Positions 23,584-37,400 of a DNA stretch of 64,000 bases are shown piece by piece. Position numbers and translations under genes: made by a program. Each line of letters starts with the position of its first letter. Position 1 is the first letter of the stretch. Under the pieces are notes generated by a model, which searched no databases, was not told the DNA's origin, and saw only the letters and a program-made list of their open reading frames with translations. Source of the stretch: Marsupella aquatica (lineage: Eukaryota > Plantae > Marchantiophyta); contig OZ316895.1 in assembly GCA_973895155.1 (NCBI GenBank), forward strand, positions 5,211,181 through 5,275,180, written 5' to 3'.

Positions 23584-25093
23584 GGCCATGTTAAATGGCC
23601 ACACTTCAAAAGTTCTGACTTCTGACCGCATTCTTTTCTCGGTTATCTCTTAATGTCATGAGGTGGCAACGTTCCACTGAGAGGTCTTTCTCAGTACTGT
23701 GAACATGATAGACAGGTGTAGAGAAGTGAAGCCCATTTTTTTTGTAGAATTAGGGCAAGTGTGTTGCGCTTGCATCCAGCAAACATGAATAGCAACCCTG
23801 CGCATGTGTAACAATTGGATGGTCTCGCATTCTATGAGACTGCTTTTATTCGAACATCACAAATTCTCCCTTGATATCAGATATGATTCTTGTTGAAGTG
23901 AACAACTCGTCATTGCATGTGGGTAGATCCTTTTTGTGGTTGTCCTGTTTTTAACAAGCTCAAATTAATGGAGAGTTTAAAGTTTGAAGTGTTTTGGTGT
24001 TTAGGGTTTAGCTCCTGATCTGTTATCTCCAACCAGACAGTGATTGCTAAAGCGCCCATTGGTTTTTACTCTTGACCACCTTGAAATGGCAAGACGTGCA
24101 CAGCTAAGTCGTCTTGGTTTGCTGGCATAACCACCCAACGACTCTTCTACTCGCCAGGATCGAACTCCTATGGATGGGTATTTAAGTGCATCACAATCTG
24201 AATTGTTAGCAATCCTCAGAGCAACACACTGCCCTCGTGTTGCAGCCCCGAGGACTGGGCTTCCCCCCCAAAAGTGTCGTGGCATAGGCATCTAACTGGG
24301 TTGGAGAGTCCAGGCCTACCCTCCATGTGCACGTAGCCTTTGTGTGTTGTCTCCTAAAGTCAGGTAGAAATACTTGAACGGCATTCTGTGATCCTGTGGG
24401 GAAGAGATTGGAGATGGCCAACCGAGAAAATGAGGAGCTTCAATGCGTGCGCTGTTATGGCAAAAATTGATGATTGAACTATATTGCGTTTCAAATTTTC
24501 GCACCTTAAATTGTGGAAGGGAGCTGAAAAGAGAAAGAAAAGTAGTTGCCAAAAATGAGGAAATGAAACAATCTAAGAAAATTTGGCTGTGTAAACGACT
24601 GCCCGATTAGACTACAAGCCAAGCACAAATTCATAATTGCTAGCTCAAGAGTTTTCTCGATGGACGTAGCAACACAAGCCAAGTCAAATTGTCGCAAGAA
24701 ATTGTAAACGGCCACCACTGTGCAATGCTTGTGACAACCCGCCAGGAATCTCTGCCCATCGTCTAGCACGCCAGGTTACAAACTTGGCACAACTTTGCTT
24801 CCCGGGCAATGAAGGGTGTCGCTAAGCTTACGTTCACTACTAACTGGCCAAATTCAGCTTGTAAGTTATGAAAAGTTGGCCTTCCTTCAAGAGCAATGTC
24901 CGTAGGCCTAGTGACACAAACGGAGGGAGAAGAGATCCACTAGTGTTGATATCCAGGTAGAAACTTGGGCTTGGGATCTGAGCATTTTCCAGTCGTATGT
25001 GCAGGAGCTGAATTCGGATGAAGAGAGAGAGATGGGGACAAGGCAGAGACAAAGAGGGAGAAGAGTTGGAGTAAAGCAGTGAGAAATCTAGAT

Positions 25094-27024
25094 ATGAATC
25101 CTGTGGGATCTTCTGAGCAGGATCTAGGGCCTGCAGAGGGAGAGCCGGTCACAAGAGTTGTCATGGACCGAATAGAAACGGCGTTTGAAGCTTTGTCCCA
25201 AGAGGTTCGAGAGCTGTCGCTGGGTACAACCGGGGAGGTGGAGCGAGTCAAGGGGCCGCTGTCACCGGTAGAATTTTTGAGGAATTGCGTGTTGCCTGGC
25301 CGGCCCTGCATCATCACGGGTGCTCTGGACCACTGGCCGGCTCTTCAGAAGTGGTCCAATGACTATTTATGCTCGGTGCTGAAACAGCAGAGCGTGAGTG
25401 TGCATTTCACCCCGGACGGTCGTGCTGACGCCCTTGTTGATCCGTTGCACATGCTCGCCACTTACAGTTGCCCCATTATTGCTTCCTCCTCTGAGGCCCT
25501 CTCAAGTGCACTTGAGAAGGAGACCCACAATGGAAGTAATTCTGGTCATGAAGTAAAGCTTGTAGATGGTACGTCAGACCCCACAAGATTGCTTTTTGTG
25601 AGGGCCTACGTCGAGAAATTGCCGTTTCCCGAGGCTTTGAAGCTGATACTGAATGGGTCAGGAGGTGGAGGAGAGATGAAGGGAGGAGTGGCATATGCAC
25701 AAGAGCAGAATGGTTGTTTTCTGTCGGAGTATGGGGAGTTGACGGGAGACGCTGAGGTGCACATACCGTGGGCCACAGAGGCTTTAGGGTGCATGCCCGA
25801 GGCTGTCAATTTGTGGATCGGAAATCAAGATGCGGTGACGTCTTTTCACAAGGATCACTATGAGAATCTTTACGCCGTTGTGGCCGGAGCTAAGCATTTT
25901 ACTCTGCTGCCTCCGGTTGATGTGCACCGAATGTACATTAACGCTTATCCTTCTGCTCAGTACGTCCGACTGAAGGTCTGCTTTGTCCGTGTTGTTATTC
26001 CCTGACTCGTCTTCCCCATTCTGTCTTCAACACTGCCATGTGAAGAGTGTTCTAGAGAGGGTTTACGGTTTAATGATTGCACTTTCGTAGGATCTGCTTT
26101 GGAAGTAGCAGACAGTGGACATAATGCCAGATCTTGGCAAATGATACCCAGCTGTTGTTTTGTTATCACGATAAAAGACGTTTGTGCAAGACCATGCTGC
26201 AGATGGAAGTATGTGATGTCACTCTTCTCGAGTGTATAGCTACATTTATCTTCAGGTTTTGGACTTAAAATTTGAACAGAGACTTGGATGGTAGTGAGGG
26301 GAGGCACTGTCGGAGTTGCAAGAACCTTTCAGATGGATTGACGGTAGCCAGATTGCCTGTGAGCAGTAGGGTCTGCCATTGTTCAAGCTGTGGAAGAGGT
26401 CATTTGGCTGTAGCTCAATTTTGATTGATATGTCATCGCTAACAAAACCTTCATCCGAGTGTTTCCAGAATAGCAGGAAGTTTGGCATTGTTCTGGATGA
26501 ACAACCTTCCATGGTCCCATGGGTGAGTGTGGATCCCTACCCGGAGGATGATGAAGGAACAGAGACCTTATTTCCGAGATACTTCGATGGATCTCAACCA
26601 TTTACCTGCACCGTGCAAGCTGGAGAGATTTTGTATCTGTAAGTGCATTTTGTTGCAGCTTCTTGGCTTGAAAAGTGTCTTATTCCGATTTTCGTAAGAC
26701 TTTCAACCTGTTGGAGACGAATATAAATTGCCCTGCCCTGGCTAGCAGACCCAGCATGTGGTTTCATCATGTTCGCCAATCTCCAGACTCAGAAGGTCGA
26801 ACCATTGCTCTAAATTTCTGTAAGTATTTCTATTCTGAGGCCTCCTGCAGGCATCGTGAGGAGCTGCCAAACAAAGTTGAAAACATACAGTTGTGAACAC
26901 ATGTTCCATAATTATGGTGTCATCTTTCTTTCCCTATATCGCCTTGTGGATTTTTGATGCAGGGTATGATATGCAGTTTGATATTAAATACGCTTACTTC
27001 AACATGATGCAGGCTCTGCTTTGA
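25094..27024 (+). CDS. JmjC-domain 2-oxoglutarate oxygenase, JMJD7/JMJ32-like, 4 exons
   Basis: PEAVNLWIG..TSFHKDHYENLYAVVAGAKHFTLLPP (HxD), then VPWVSVDP..GEILYL|PSMWFHHVRQ..TIALNFW|YDMQFDIKYAYFN; TGA at 27022-27024. Confidence 0.92.
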
Positions 27025-30000
27025 CTTCATCTCCAAGTAAGTTATTCAAATTTGAAGCTGGAGTTCCTTGGCATTTTAGCAAAGCTGAAATTCCTTTTCT
27101 GTATATCTTGGGGCACTAAGATCTCAATCCTTGGTTGCGAAGGCTTTTATTTTCCCAGCTCTGAAGAATGCCTGCACAAGGAGTAGCGGACTTGTTTCTT
27201 TCAGTGGGCAATTGTATCATTCGTAACGGAAGCCACACTAATTGACGATTATTCAGGAGCCCTCTGAATCGCATAGATCTTCTCCACCCTGGCTAAATTT
27301 ACTGTTGACAGATTTAGCTGCATGTTCAGGACCAATTAGTCCTGAAAGGAGAATTCTCCTCTCTTTAGAAGGTGTCACAGAAGTTGATCCTATGGGCAAT
27401 ATATTCTACTCCCAGTCTCGCACATTTAAAGCTCCCTCCTTCCTTGCATACCCGTTCCCTCCCCACAAGAATGTGCTACGCTACACTAGTGTCCCACCCG
27501 GGTTTTCTTTCATTTTCCTACCTCACTCTGTCCTCCTCCCCCTTACAACGTGTGAATCTCTGCCGCTAATAATTAGCCCCCCCAGCATACATTTTGTAAA
27601 GCCACCCTTAGACTACATGACTATAAAAACCATAAAGAATTCTTCGTTAGAGAAAAGAAAAAACCTCTTCAGGAGGACTGTTTAGAAAGAGCTTTCTTTT
27701 AACAGGAATACTGGCCAGCTGTCTCAAGTCCCAAGGATGACAGGATTTTGCAATGACCTTTCCAGGAATAATGATTTTTGGGCCTCGTGTGCACGAGATG
27801 AAGAGATCGGAAGGATGTAGAATAAACTGGTAGTGACGAAGTCTGCTTCCAACACAGTTTTGCGTAAAGATCCATATCACAACCGAAGTGCTTTGCCAAA
27901 TTCAAAGACCTGAAACGACCTGCGGAGCTGCAAGGAATATGTGAAGTGAGATCTCTTGCAGGGTTGCCTACATTTGAAGGACCATATAAAGCCAAAGGAA
28001 GTAAGAGACCAGAGATCTGTTAAAATGCCTTGCAAGACCCTTGCAAGACCCGTTTGCTGGAACTCGTTTCTCGATGAGAATCAGTGAACTAGGGAGCTTT
28101 TGCAAGCACTGCTTTACAGCCACCAAAAACTCTACTGCGGTTGGTTGTTCGATCGTATGAGCTCTTTGGTGCTGCAAGCCAGGTGGGAAAAAGTTTTCTC
28201 AAATGAACTAGGTTTCTGAACCCTCATTATCAAATGGCTTACTGCCATACACCTTCCAGACAGTGTGATGTTCTCTGCATCTGGTTGGGAAAATTCCTTC
28301 TTCTGGTTCACAACACCGCTCCCTTCAATCTGTTCGGTTTCTAGCTGAATAGGGGGAATTTCGAAAGAGGGCAATTGCCAGATGCCAGTGATTGCTAAGT
28401 ATCTCAATCTGGGTCCACGAGCCCTTACCTTGCTTACCTTGCATACGCTGACTGGCATATTCAATGATTTGATGTCCTTAAAAAGGTTTGATTTTCTCCC
28501 GTCAAACTAGAACAATTTGACGATGTCATATAAACGGAGGCACTGGAGTCACACATCGAAGTACTGAGAAAATTTGAGAGAAATCCTACCAAAATCTATG
28601 AAGAATGTCCAGTGGTTGTATCACAAAAAGGGATTTTTGAAACAAAACGGCAAGAATTGAGTTTGGACACGGTTCTGAAAGAAAGTTATTACTGATTGAG
28701 ATGAGATGATGGCTTCACTTCAAGCTAGTTTGATTGCCTGGCGGCTTTGTACGTGACGAGGATTTTATGGGAAAATGTCGCAACAATGGATTGAGATTAG
28801 GGCGAGGATTTATGGGAAAAATGTCCACCTAGCAAAGAGCTGAACACATACCCTAGAACGGTCGTTTTGATCCTCTTTCCCACTTAACTTCTACCTCCCT
28901 TGCTATTGCATTTTTTAGTAATTATGGACCCCACTAGAGGTCCCTTCCAAAATTCCTGGCACCACAGCGTGCCACGTCAGCAACAACCGCAACAAACAAG
29001 AATGGTCATGTTTGCGCAACGAATAAACTCCTCTCCATCTTGTTTACGTCGCTTTTCGTGTAATTTATGGACGCCGTGCCGTCAAAACATAATGTAAAAG
29101 TAATTAAAAGTAATTCATCCAAATCTATTGATACAAAGGGTGAGATTAAAAACATTCACCCATATTCTCTTTACTTAAATTTATAAATGTTTTTTTATAA
29201 AAGTAAATAGTGCTCAACATTGAAAATAACCGTATTCCTGTGTAACTGCCGAAATAAAACCGTCAGAACAAAAAAAGCAAATCAACATTTTGGACAGGAG
29301 GCTAACGTTGCTGGAGCCGAGGTGCTAACAGAACAACCAGCGAAGGCAAAACCAGTGCGCATTGGATTCATTTTGGGCAAGATTCTGCAATTGTTTCCCG
29401 AATCCCCTCATGAACTTCTAATTTACTTTCCACAACGGATAATGGAACACCACAGATAGACTAGGTAACATATCAAGCTTCCTCGAGCAATCCCTCCACC
29501 AGCCAAGTACGACCAGTCTTCATGCTGTTCAGACTCCTTCAGCCTCCCTAGACGAAGCTACCGTCCTCGCCTCCTTCGACCTAGCAAATGTCCGAGATCT
29601 CGAGAGAAGCAGAGAATTCAAGCAGCTGTCGAACCACAACCCGAGTCTCACACACAGAGCAGCCGTCAATTAGGAGAAATTCCTAAGCATGTAGGAACGA
29701 ACACACTACCTCTTTCCCGAGTGCCGATTGCCTCGCTCCCCTTCCTGAAGAGCCGTAGACGAGATGAGCACTAACTGTGAAGGAAACTGGCGTACAAGTC
29801 GTGGCATCCGAACCGAGTAGGCGTCCACCACCGGCTGCCCAAACTAGCACGCAAACAGAAACAGCATCACAGCCGGACCACATTTGCGGAGGGGGAAACG
29901 GTGATGGCGGATGGGCATTTTTCCAATTTTCTGGAAACCCCAGTCAGATTGTCAAGGCAGTCAAAATGCAGGTGCATTTGAGAATTCGCATGTATTCCAA

Positions 30001-30872
30001 AACCAAAGAGGTGGAAAGGACATTCTATCGTACCTCAGGGCCAGAGATCTGAATTTCAAAAAAGAGGCGCAACACATCTTAATCAGAAACAAATAGATCG
30101 AGCAGAAAGAAGTAGAAGCAAAGAGAATTGATAAGGACATTGACAAGATCGAGAGAAAGCCTTGCATAGAAGAGCAGAAAGGCAGCGACCTGAGCAGAAG
30201 AAAAAGGCAAAAGCAGATCGATCGAGATAGAAAGAAAAGTGAAACTGAACCCCGATCTAAGGCCGAAAACTCACAAGCAAAAGAGAGAATTGAAGCAGCA
30301 GAAGTATCGGGAGGCACTGGCGAAAGAGATTTGACAAGGAGATTTGAAAAGCATATAAAGGCTCTGAAAATCGAAGAACGAGAAATAGAAGCGCCGGCCC
30401 CGGAAGGAACTCAAAACTGAAATCGAACAAGGTCAACTTTCATTGTTGAACTCTTTTCTTGATTCTGACTTGTTAAGGCTTTTAAGGATTCTATTCGTCA
30501 GACTCTTGCTTCTTGTTGTACTTTTTTAGTAGGAGTAGTGGTCGTCATCGAATTCCTGGTTGTAGTCATTTGAGTGAAGGACGCTTTTGAACACTTGTCT
30601 GAACTCTAAGCAGTTGCAGGATTATGTACTGAACAATTATAGCACATGAGGAAACTGAGTCAGTTTGCATTTAGCTTGCGATAGGATGTCTTGTTTTGTT
30701 ACTATTCGAAAGTTTCTGTGTTGGTGCTGGAAACGAAAATGGAATTATAGATCATCACGTTATAGAGATAAATGGCCGAGAGGGAGAGAACATTCTGTTT
30801 CCAACCTTATGCCGCGCGTATGTGAGAGCTATTTCCTGGACCACAGAATCAACGCACGGGACTCAAATGTGC

Positions 30873-31050
30873 ATTTTTGTTTCCCAGTTAGAAAGGGCTC
30901 ATCAATTATTTGCCGTAAGTTTTAAGATCCTATGACATAGATCATCCCGAGCTCCTTTGGGATTTTTGTTTCCCAGTTAGAAAGGGCTTATCAATTATTT
31001 GCCGTAAGTTTTAAGATCCTATGATAGAGATCGTCCCGAGCTCCTTTGGG
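30873..31050. repeat. 89-bp tandem duplication
   Basis: 30873-30961 and 30962-31050 are near-identical (atttttgtttcccagttagaaagggct..cccgagctcctttggg). Confidence 0.95.
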
Positions 31051-31558
31051 GCCGGTAAGCCAGTCTCTCGAGGACTTTTTTAGTAGGAGTAGTCGATGTT
31101 TGAAACAAGGCCCCGAGAGCTCTCTGAATTCTGACCACAAAATTCAAATTCCGCATTGGCGCTCCCTCCTCGGAATCGGCGGTCGATGCCACTGGACTAT
31201 CCTTGGATGTCAAGGGCTCTGCTGCTAGGCTATTGTTTGTAACCCAACTTTTCCTGTCATTCCTCTCATCCCACTTTCGTGATTCACCAAACGAAAACGA
31301 TTTGGGCCCCGCAGCTGAAAAGCATATCGCCTGCCTTTGAACCAAAAAAACAACTCTAGTTGCTCCTCCTGCTGTTTCTTCAGGACGCCTTTTCCCTCCC
31401 ACAACTTTCACCGATCTCTTGGCCAGTCCACTTACATTATCCCCCGAAAATACAGAGGAACCCAATAGAGACTCGGAATAGGCACTTTGCCCTGTCGAAA
31501 CACGCCATTGGGCAAGAGCTGTCATCGTGCGTGCTTGCACGCCCCGTCCGCCCTCCAC
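31019..31558 (-). other. Orphan ORF with a transit-peptide-like N-terminus; possible pseudogene fragment
   Basis: Ser/Arg-rich 179-aa ORF ending inside the 89-bp duplication. Its TTPTKKV-encoding sequence recurs at ~30520-30540. No recognisable domain. Confidence 0.3.
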
Positions 31559-33720
31559 TAAAGCACACAGCCAAGCTGGTGCCTCGTCTTAAATCTCTCC
31601 TTGTCATCCGTGTCCTACACCATCTAGCAAATTTAAATCTACACTAACCGCACTTCAAGCGCACTACTCAAATTGAAGAAGAATCATGACAGGTCAAACT
31701 AGCCAAAGGCACTGCCACTGCAAGGAGCGGCTTGACATCAAAACAGTTCAGTCATCCATTCACTAACTCAGTGAAACACTTCTCCCATCATAGCACAACC
31801 ATTCTCCCTCAGTGTAGCAAACCAACTCCTTCCATTTAAGCCTTTCCCTTCCAGAATGTCTAAGATATCGGCATCCCGAGTGGATGTTCACTTCAGGCTC
31901 GATCAATGAACAAACGCCATCGGGACCTAGGCCCTCCAATCTACTGCACATGTACCCTAATTCCTCAAGCGCGGTGCAACACCGGTCCCGCTGAAAGATC
32001 CTCCCATGCCTCCCGGCTCCGTTACTCCTTCCCCTTCATCTCACTCACTGACCTCCCTTCCTTCCTCCTCCTCTTCCTCCTCACCTCGTACCTTGCTACA
32101 TCAAATTCCACCGCGCCAATGCTCCCAAGCTCTCAACTACAATCCAATCCAATCCGTCCTCTGTCTCACTCACTCTACGTCTCCCTGTCCTACGAAATTC
32201 TATGTCTATGGACGATGGCGTGGAAGCACTTCAATCAAGCAAATTCAATCAATCAATCGATCCATCACTCGATCAATCAATGAGGGGAGACGAGAAACAC
32301 AGAGAGCTACAAGACGAGAATATGAAATCCTCAAATTGCGAGTGTCGACAATTGTCACTGCTCCTCCTCCACGAGACTGAAAGGCGAATACGAAGTGAGC
32401 ATTTTTGTTTGGAGCTTCTTGGCGGCCCAATGAGAAGTCTCCTGCCACTCGTTTAAAAAGTGTTGCTAGGTTCCATTGGTGAAACTCGGGCGACAAACAC
32501 TGCCGACTTTTATTTGATATACACATAGAATCTTTTATTTATATTATATTATATTATTTTCCCTTCCGTGGCCAGTCATCGATACGAGCATCTCCAGAGG
32601 TGACTACTATAGGGATTTATTTGTAAGGATGCAAAGAGTATGGCAATTTAAAACATTGTAACTTCTCTGCTGAATGCAGGAAATGCTTAGACTGGGATCG
32701 AATCACAGACCGAGAGATCGAGAGGTGAAAGACTGAAAGCTGGACATCATGTGACCTATAATTAGAGAGACACCTTAAATAAAGTGAGTCAAGCAACTTA
32801 CACTTAGAGCCTATAATTAGACTGAAATTTATAATTAGATTGACACCTGAAATAAACTTAAGTGAGTTACAATTTTATGTGAGATGTATTTTATAGGCTA
32901 AGCTATCTTACTAATAATTTGCAAAGCTACTTAAGGCCTATGGTCTAGAGTTGGCAACTCCCAATAAAGACAAAACTGATAATGAGTCTTTAATAATCAC
33001 ACAACTTAAAAAATGAAAAAAAAGTATGGGGGAGGGTGGACAAAGAACTAGATTGGCACAGACGAACCCAAATTAAAGCATACTTAGAATTGTTTCCGTG
33101 TTAGTCAGGGTGTTAGTGTAACTTACTAGAGGTTTAAAGTTTGTTTGGTACTCACACAAGTCTTCTTGCAGAAAGGGCAGGTGTGTCGGCTGACTTACTT
33201 AATGGTGTTCGGAAAGTTGGACGTGAGTTTTCAAGTTACCTAGAGAAGAGAAGCTTCGGATAAGTTAAACAGCGCTTCTACATACAGGTTTGCTGTCTCC
33301 TAACATCAAGTTCTTCCTGCTTTTTGTGTGGTCCCTAACATGATTATTGAACCCTAATTTCCTTACTATTTTCTAATATAATTTTTGGTTATTTAATTTG
33401 GCATTTACTCTGTTGCGGTCCTTTTAAGACGGTTTAGTGTGCTTCGAATCCGGACCAACTCCAAATCATAGCCATGTTTGAATTGCTTTTTGTCATTACA
33501 ATTTTGAATTGCAACAAAGATCCTCACTTTGTAAAGAACATGAAGTAAAAAAAGTTTATATATACAAATATATCTTTATATTGACTGAGTATTAAACTTA
33601 TATAATTCATTAGATTAGATTACAAGGTTCTATAGTTGCCTGTACCATTAGCATATTGTCCAAATGCAAGACTTGATCCCGGTTGGGATCATCGTCTTGG
33701 ACAAATTTCTTGATTCGGCT

Positions 33721-34213
33721 TTAGGGGTGATACCCAAAATTGGGAGAACTATGCCTTGACTTGGTACAAGTCTTGGAAGAAGTCGCAAGAGGACTCCTCC
33801 TTGCCGTTAACTTGGGAAATCCTAGTTGAGGGTCTTCGTGCTCATGTCACCACTAAGTACCTAGAGCGGCACGCTTAGAGATGTGTAACGTAAATGAGCT
33901 TTAGGGGTGATATCCAAATGATCATCACTTATTATCAAAACCAGTTGGTGTGTATCCCGACGGGGCAAGAGACACTACATACACAACTGCACAACTTTCT
34001 AGTGATTCACGAGTGGCGCCATGGGTCATCATTGTAGTAAGGATTGTTCCACCAAAGGTGGCAAGCCGAGCGGAGATGGAGGGCAGAAGGGCATTAAGTA
34101 ATGCTCTAACCGAAATACCTAGGAGAACTATGCCTTGACTTGGTACAAGTCTTGGTAAATGAGCTTTAGGGGTGATATCCAAAAGCTCATCACTTATTAT
34201 CAAAACCAGTTGG
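33721..34213 (+). repeat. Mosaic of direct repeats upstream of the RepHel gene
   Basis: ttaggggtgata(c/t)ccaaa x3 (33721, 33901, ~34166); gagaactatgccttgacttggtacaagtcttgg x2 (33744, 34123); atcacttattatcaaaaccagttgg x2. Confidence 0.85.
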
Positions 34214-34494
34214 AAGTTAACGGCAATCACTTATTATGTCACAAGTTCTAACGGTAATCTGGGTGTTGCGTTGGTGGATACAGGCGCGGCCGCCTGCTTC
34301 ATGAGTGGCATGACTTTGAAGAGGTGCTTGGCGCTCTGCTAACTTGGGCTGGAGCCAAGCAACCAACTCTTCTTGGTAACTACGAGATCGCGATAAGCAA
34401 GTCTCGTTTCTGAAATTTGATTGAGCAAATTTTGGATGGACCCTAGCTAAGAAAACTGACGAGTTCATAATCCTTTGCATAGGTCTCCCCAAAA

Positions 34495-37400
34495 ATGTCA
34501 CGGCGCACAATGTCCGAGAAGAGACATGCCGCACGAAGGCGTGCAATAAACACCTATGCCGAGTCACTAAGTCCGTTATGTCAAGGATGGGCCTCAGCCC
34601 CATTGTATCTCCAAGAATGGAGAGAAGTCTGCCAAAAGACAATCCAAGGCATGAAGGTGTGCAGGATGTGCGGACTAGTTTGATATAGAAACACTCCGAG
34701 GATCGACAAGACATTCACCACCGTACCAAAGGTGAACATGACGCCGTACGGCATATGCAACACATTTGTCAACCAGTACATTGAGAACCAAGATGGAACA
34801 ATCAACGTGTGCGTGACTTGCGTGCGAAACCCCGCCCGTATCCAGATAAACTCCTTCATATCTCTGCAATATGCGATCGACATCCTAGCCGCGAAGCCGT
34901 TGTACATGCAATTGCTCTCGCTAATCGACTGTCGACTAGGCATCATACAAAAGTACAATGGCTTCCACTCTGGCTTCTACAAAAAGGAAAGCCTCCTTGA
35001 CAACCCGCTCATATCCTGGAATCTCGACACGCTAGAGTGCAATAATCGAGAGGAGATCATGCGACAGATATACAAGGTCATGGAACTCAATTTGACGACC
35101 AACCAACTTTTCAAAAGATACGTTTCATTGGTCGAACTACCAGACCCGTAACTGGGACTGTGCATCCTAAGTTCCGACGGAGTAGAGAACATCATCAAAG
35201 ACAAGAGGGCAAAGGGAATAACCACGAGATCCATGAACTTTGACCCATTCGACCCCGACCTGCACATCCTCCAAGATGTGCATTACAGGATCCCGACTTC
35301 ACACAAGCGCAAGTACCAGGTCTTTCATTCCGGCACCGTGTACGACCACAAGAGAATGTGCTCCGAAGAGAGCGTCAACACCGACGCGGAAGGACTGTCG
35401 AACGATCCACATTTGACATTGGAAAATGCAATGTTTCCGTTCTTATTCGTCCACTCGAGGGGTTTCCATCGAGGACAACTCAGCTTGATCGACTACATGA
35501 AACGGAGGACACAATAGTTGTTCAGCATATTCACTTTGTACAAGCCGTACATGCTTATCATGTACCAATTGCGACAGGCCAGCCAAGTAGCAAGCATGAG
35601 CAGGACTATAGCAATCGACAAGGAATACATGCAGATCAAGGAGAAATGCCCCCACTTTAGCGAGAAGGAAATATACAAAATGCTGATAAAAAAGACAATC
35701 ACGCAGGCCATTCCTGGGAGCCCGGCGTGGCACGGAAGACACCTCGACGACCTCAAGTGCATGGTAAGAAAATGGGGACTGCCCCATTTCTTCCTCACGC
35801 TCACTTGCGATGAGCTCAGCGACACCCGTTGACCTGAGATCGCCGACCTCGAGAACATTGTGAAGAGGATGAATCCGACCTTCTCATGGAAAGATTGTCT
35901 TGTCGAATGCGCCGTGCTCTTCCATGAACGAATCCAACGTTTTTTCAAGGATTACATTTTGTCAAAACGCGCCATAATCGGAAATGTGATCCACTACGTC
36001 ATCAGGTACGAGTTGCAGGGCCGCGGATCACTCCATGCCCACACGATGCTATGGGTCAAGGATTGCCATGTCGATCGAGTCACGAACGAAATTGCCGCAT
36101 TCATCCCTGGAAAATTTGACTCGACATCCGGCAGATTCGAAGAGCCGAATGGACTCAAAGAATAGACCCTGTATCGCAACGTGGTGACGAAACAACTTCA
36201 CTACTGCAAGGAGGGCTTGTGCTTGCAAAGGCACTCCCAAACCGGCCTCAAGTACTGCAAGTTGGGTTTCCCCCAAGAAACTCATCTCGACAAAGATGCG
36301 GCCATCGACCCCGCCACGGGGAAATGGAGGTACCACAGGCCAAGCGACCACCACCGAAATGTCGTGCCATACCACCCGCTCGTGTTGCTGTTGTGGGGCG
36401 CGCACATGAACCTGCAACGCATCACAAACGCGGCCTGGTCATTCTATTTGCTCAAATACGCGATCAAATGCGAGCCCCTGGGATCACTCCAGCTCAATGC
36501 GAACGATGCGCGCACTCTAGGACTCGAGGACCTGTCTGAAGTCCAACTCAAGCTTGTCAGCGGAGCCGTCCTGTCTCGGAGCGTGTGCGCCACAAAGGCG
36601 GCCTTGACATGCCTCAAAATCAGCATCATCCATCGCTCGGAGACAGTGGCGTTCATGGACTCATCGCCTCCGGAACTAAGGTCCGCCATCTACCGTAAGT
36701 CCTCGGGGATATGTTTGCATCCCACCAGACTCTACGCACAGAGGCCCGAGGACATGTTTGCAATGTCCTTCTACGACTACTTCACCAACCACGAGGTCCT
36801 CACCAATAAGAAAAGCACCACCAAAGACTACGTCGGCAGGGATTTGCAAGGCAATTTCGTGTATCGGATGGATCGGCTCGTGCGGTTTTCGGAGTATCAT
36901 CCAGTATACAAGATGAACGGCTTCTTCTACAACTACCTCCTGAAGGTCATGAGATTCCGTGCAGAAGGCGAGATTCTTCTCAGGCCCATAAGCGAGACGT
37001 GGAGCTACTTGCACGAGTGCATACACCGCAAGTTGATAACCAGCGTCGACGACGTGCACAAGTTGGTGCTTCAGTATTGTGCATCGCACCTCTACTCCAC
37101 CCACCACACATCCCACCTGCTGTAGGAGCTGAACGAAAAGCTTCCCCACCAAATTTTCAACGACGCGGCCACATTCCAAGCGGTCCCCACTGTCGCCGTA
37201 GAGAAACCGATCGGCGCGGTGCTCAACGAAAAAACTCTCCCGACCATCAACTTGACTCCGGACCAAATCAGAGTGTTTGAGGCACTCAAGGATGTCAAGA
37301 GCGGTCTGTTCATGATCGATGGAAATCCAGGATCCGGCAAGACTTTCTTCATCTCTTTCATGAACAAATACTGGACATATAAAGGGAGGAAGGTGAAGAT

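Noticed and set aside
24001-24012. CTAAACCCTAA on minus as a telomerase RNA template
   Set aside because: No recognisable USE/TATA promoter or conserved plant TR blocks; telo-boxes are common.
24200-24225. CTGAGGA on minus as a hammerhead ribozyme core
   Set aside because: No correctly placed GAAA after the candidate stem II.
27242-28464. Short ORFs downstream of the JmjC gene
   Set aside because: No recognisable domains or consistent exon structure.
32670-32720. B-box-like GATTCGATCCC on minus (tRNA/SINE)
   Set aside because: No cloverleaf or A-box could be established.
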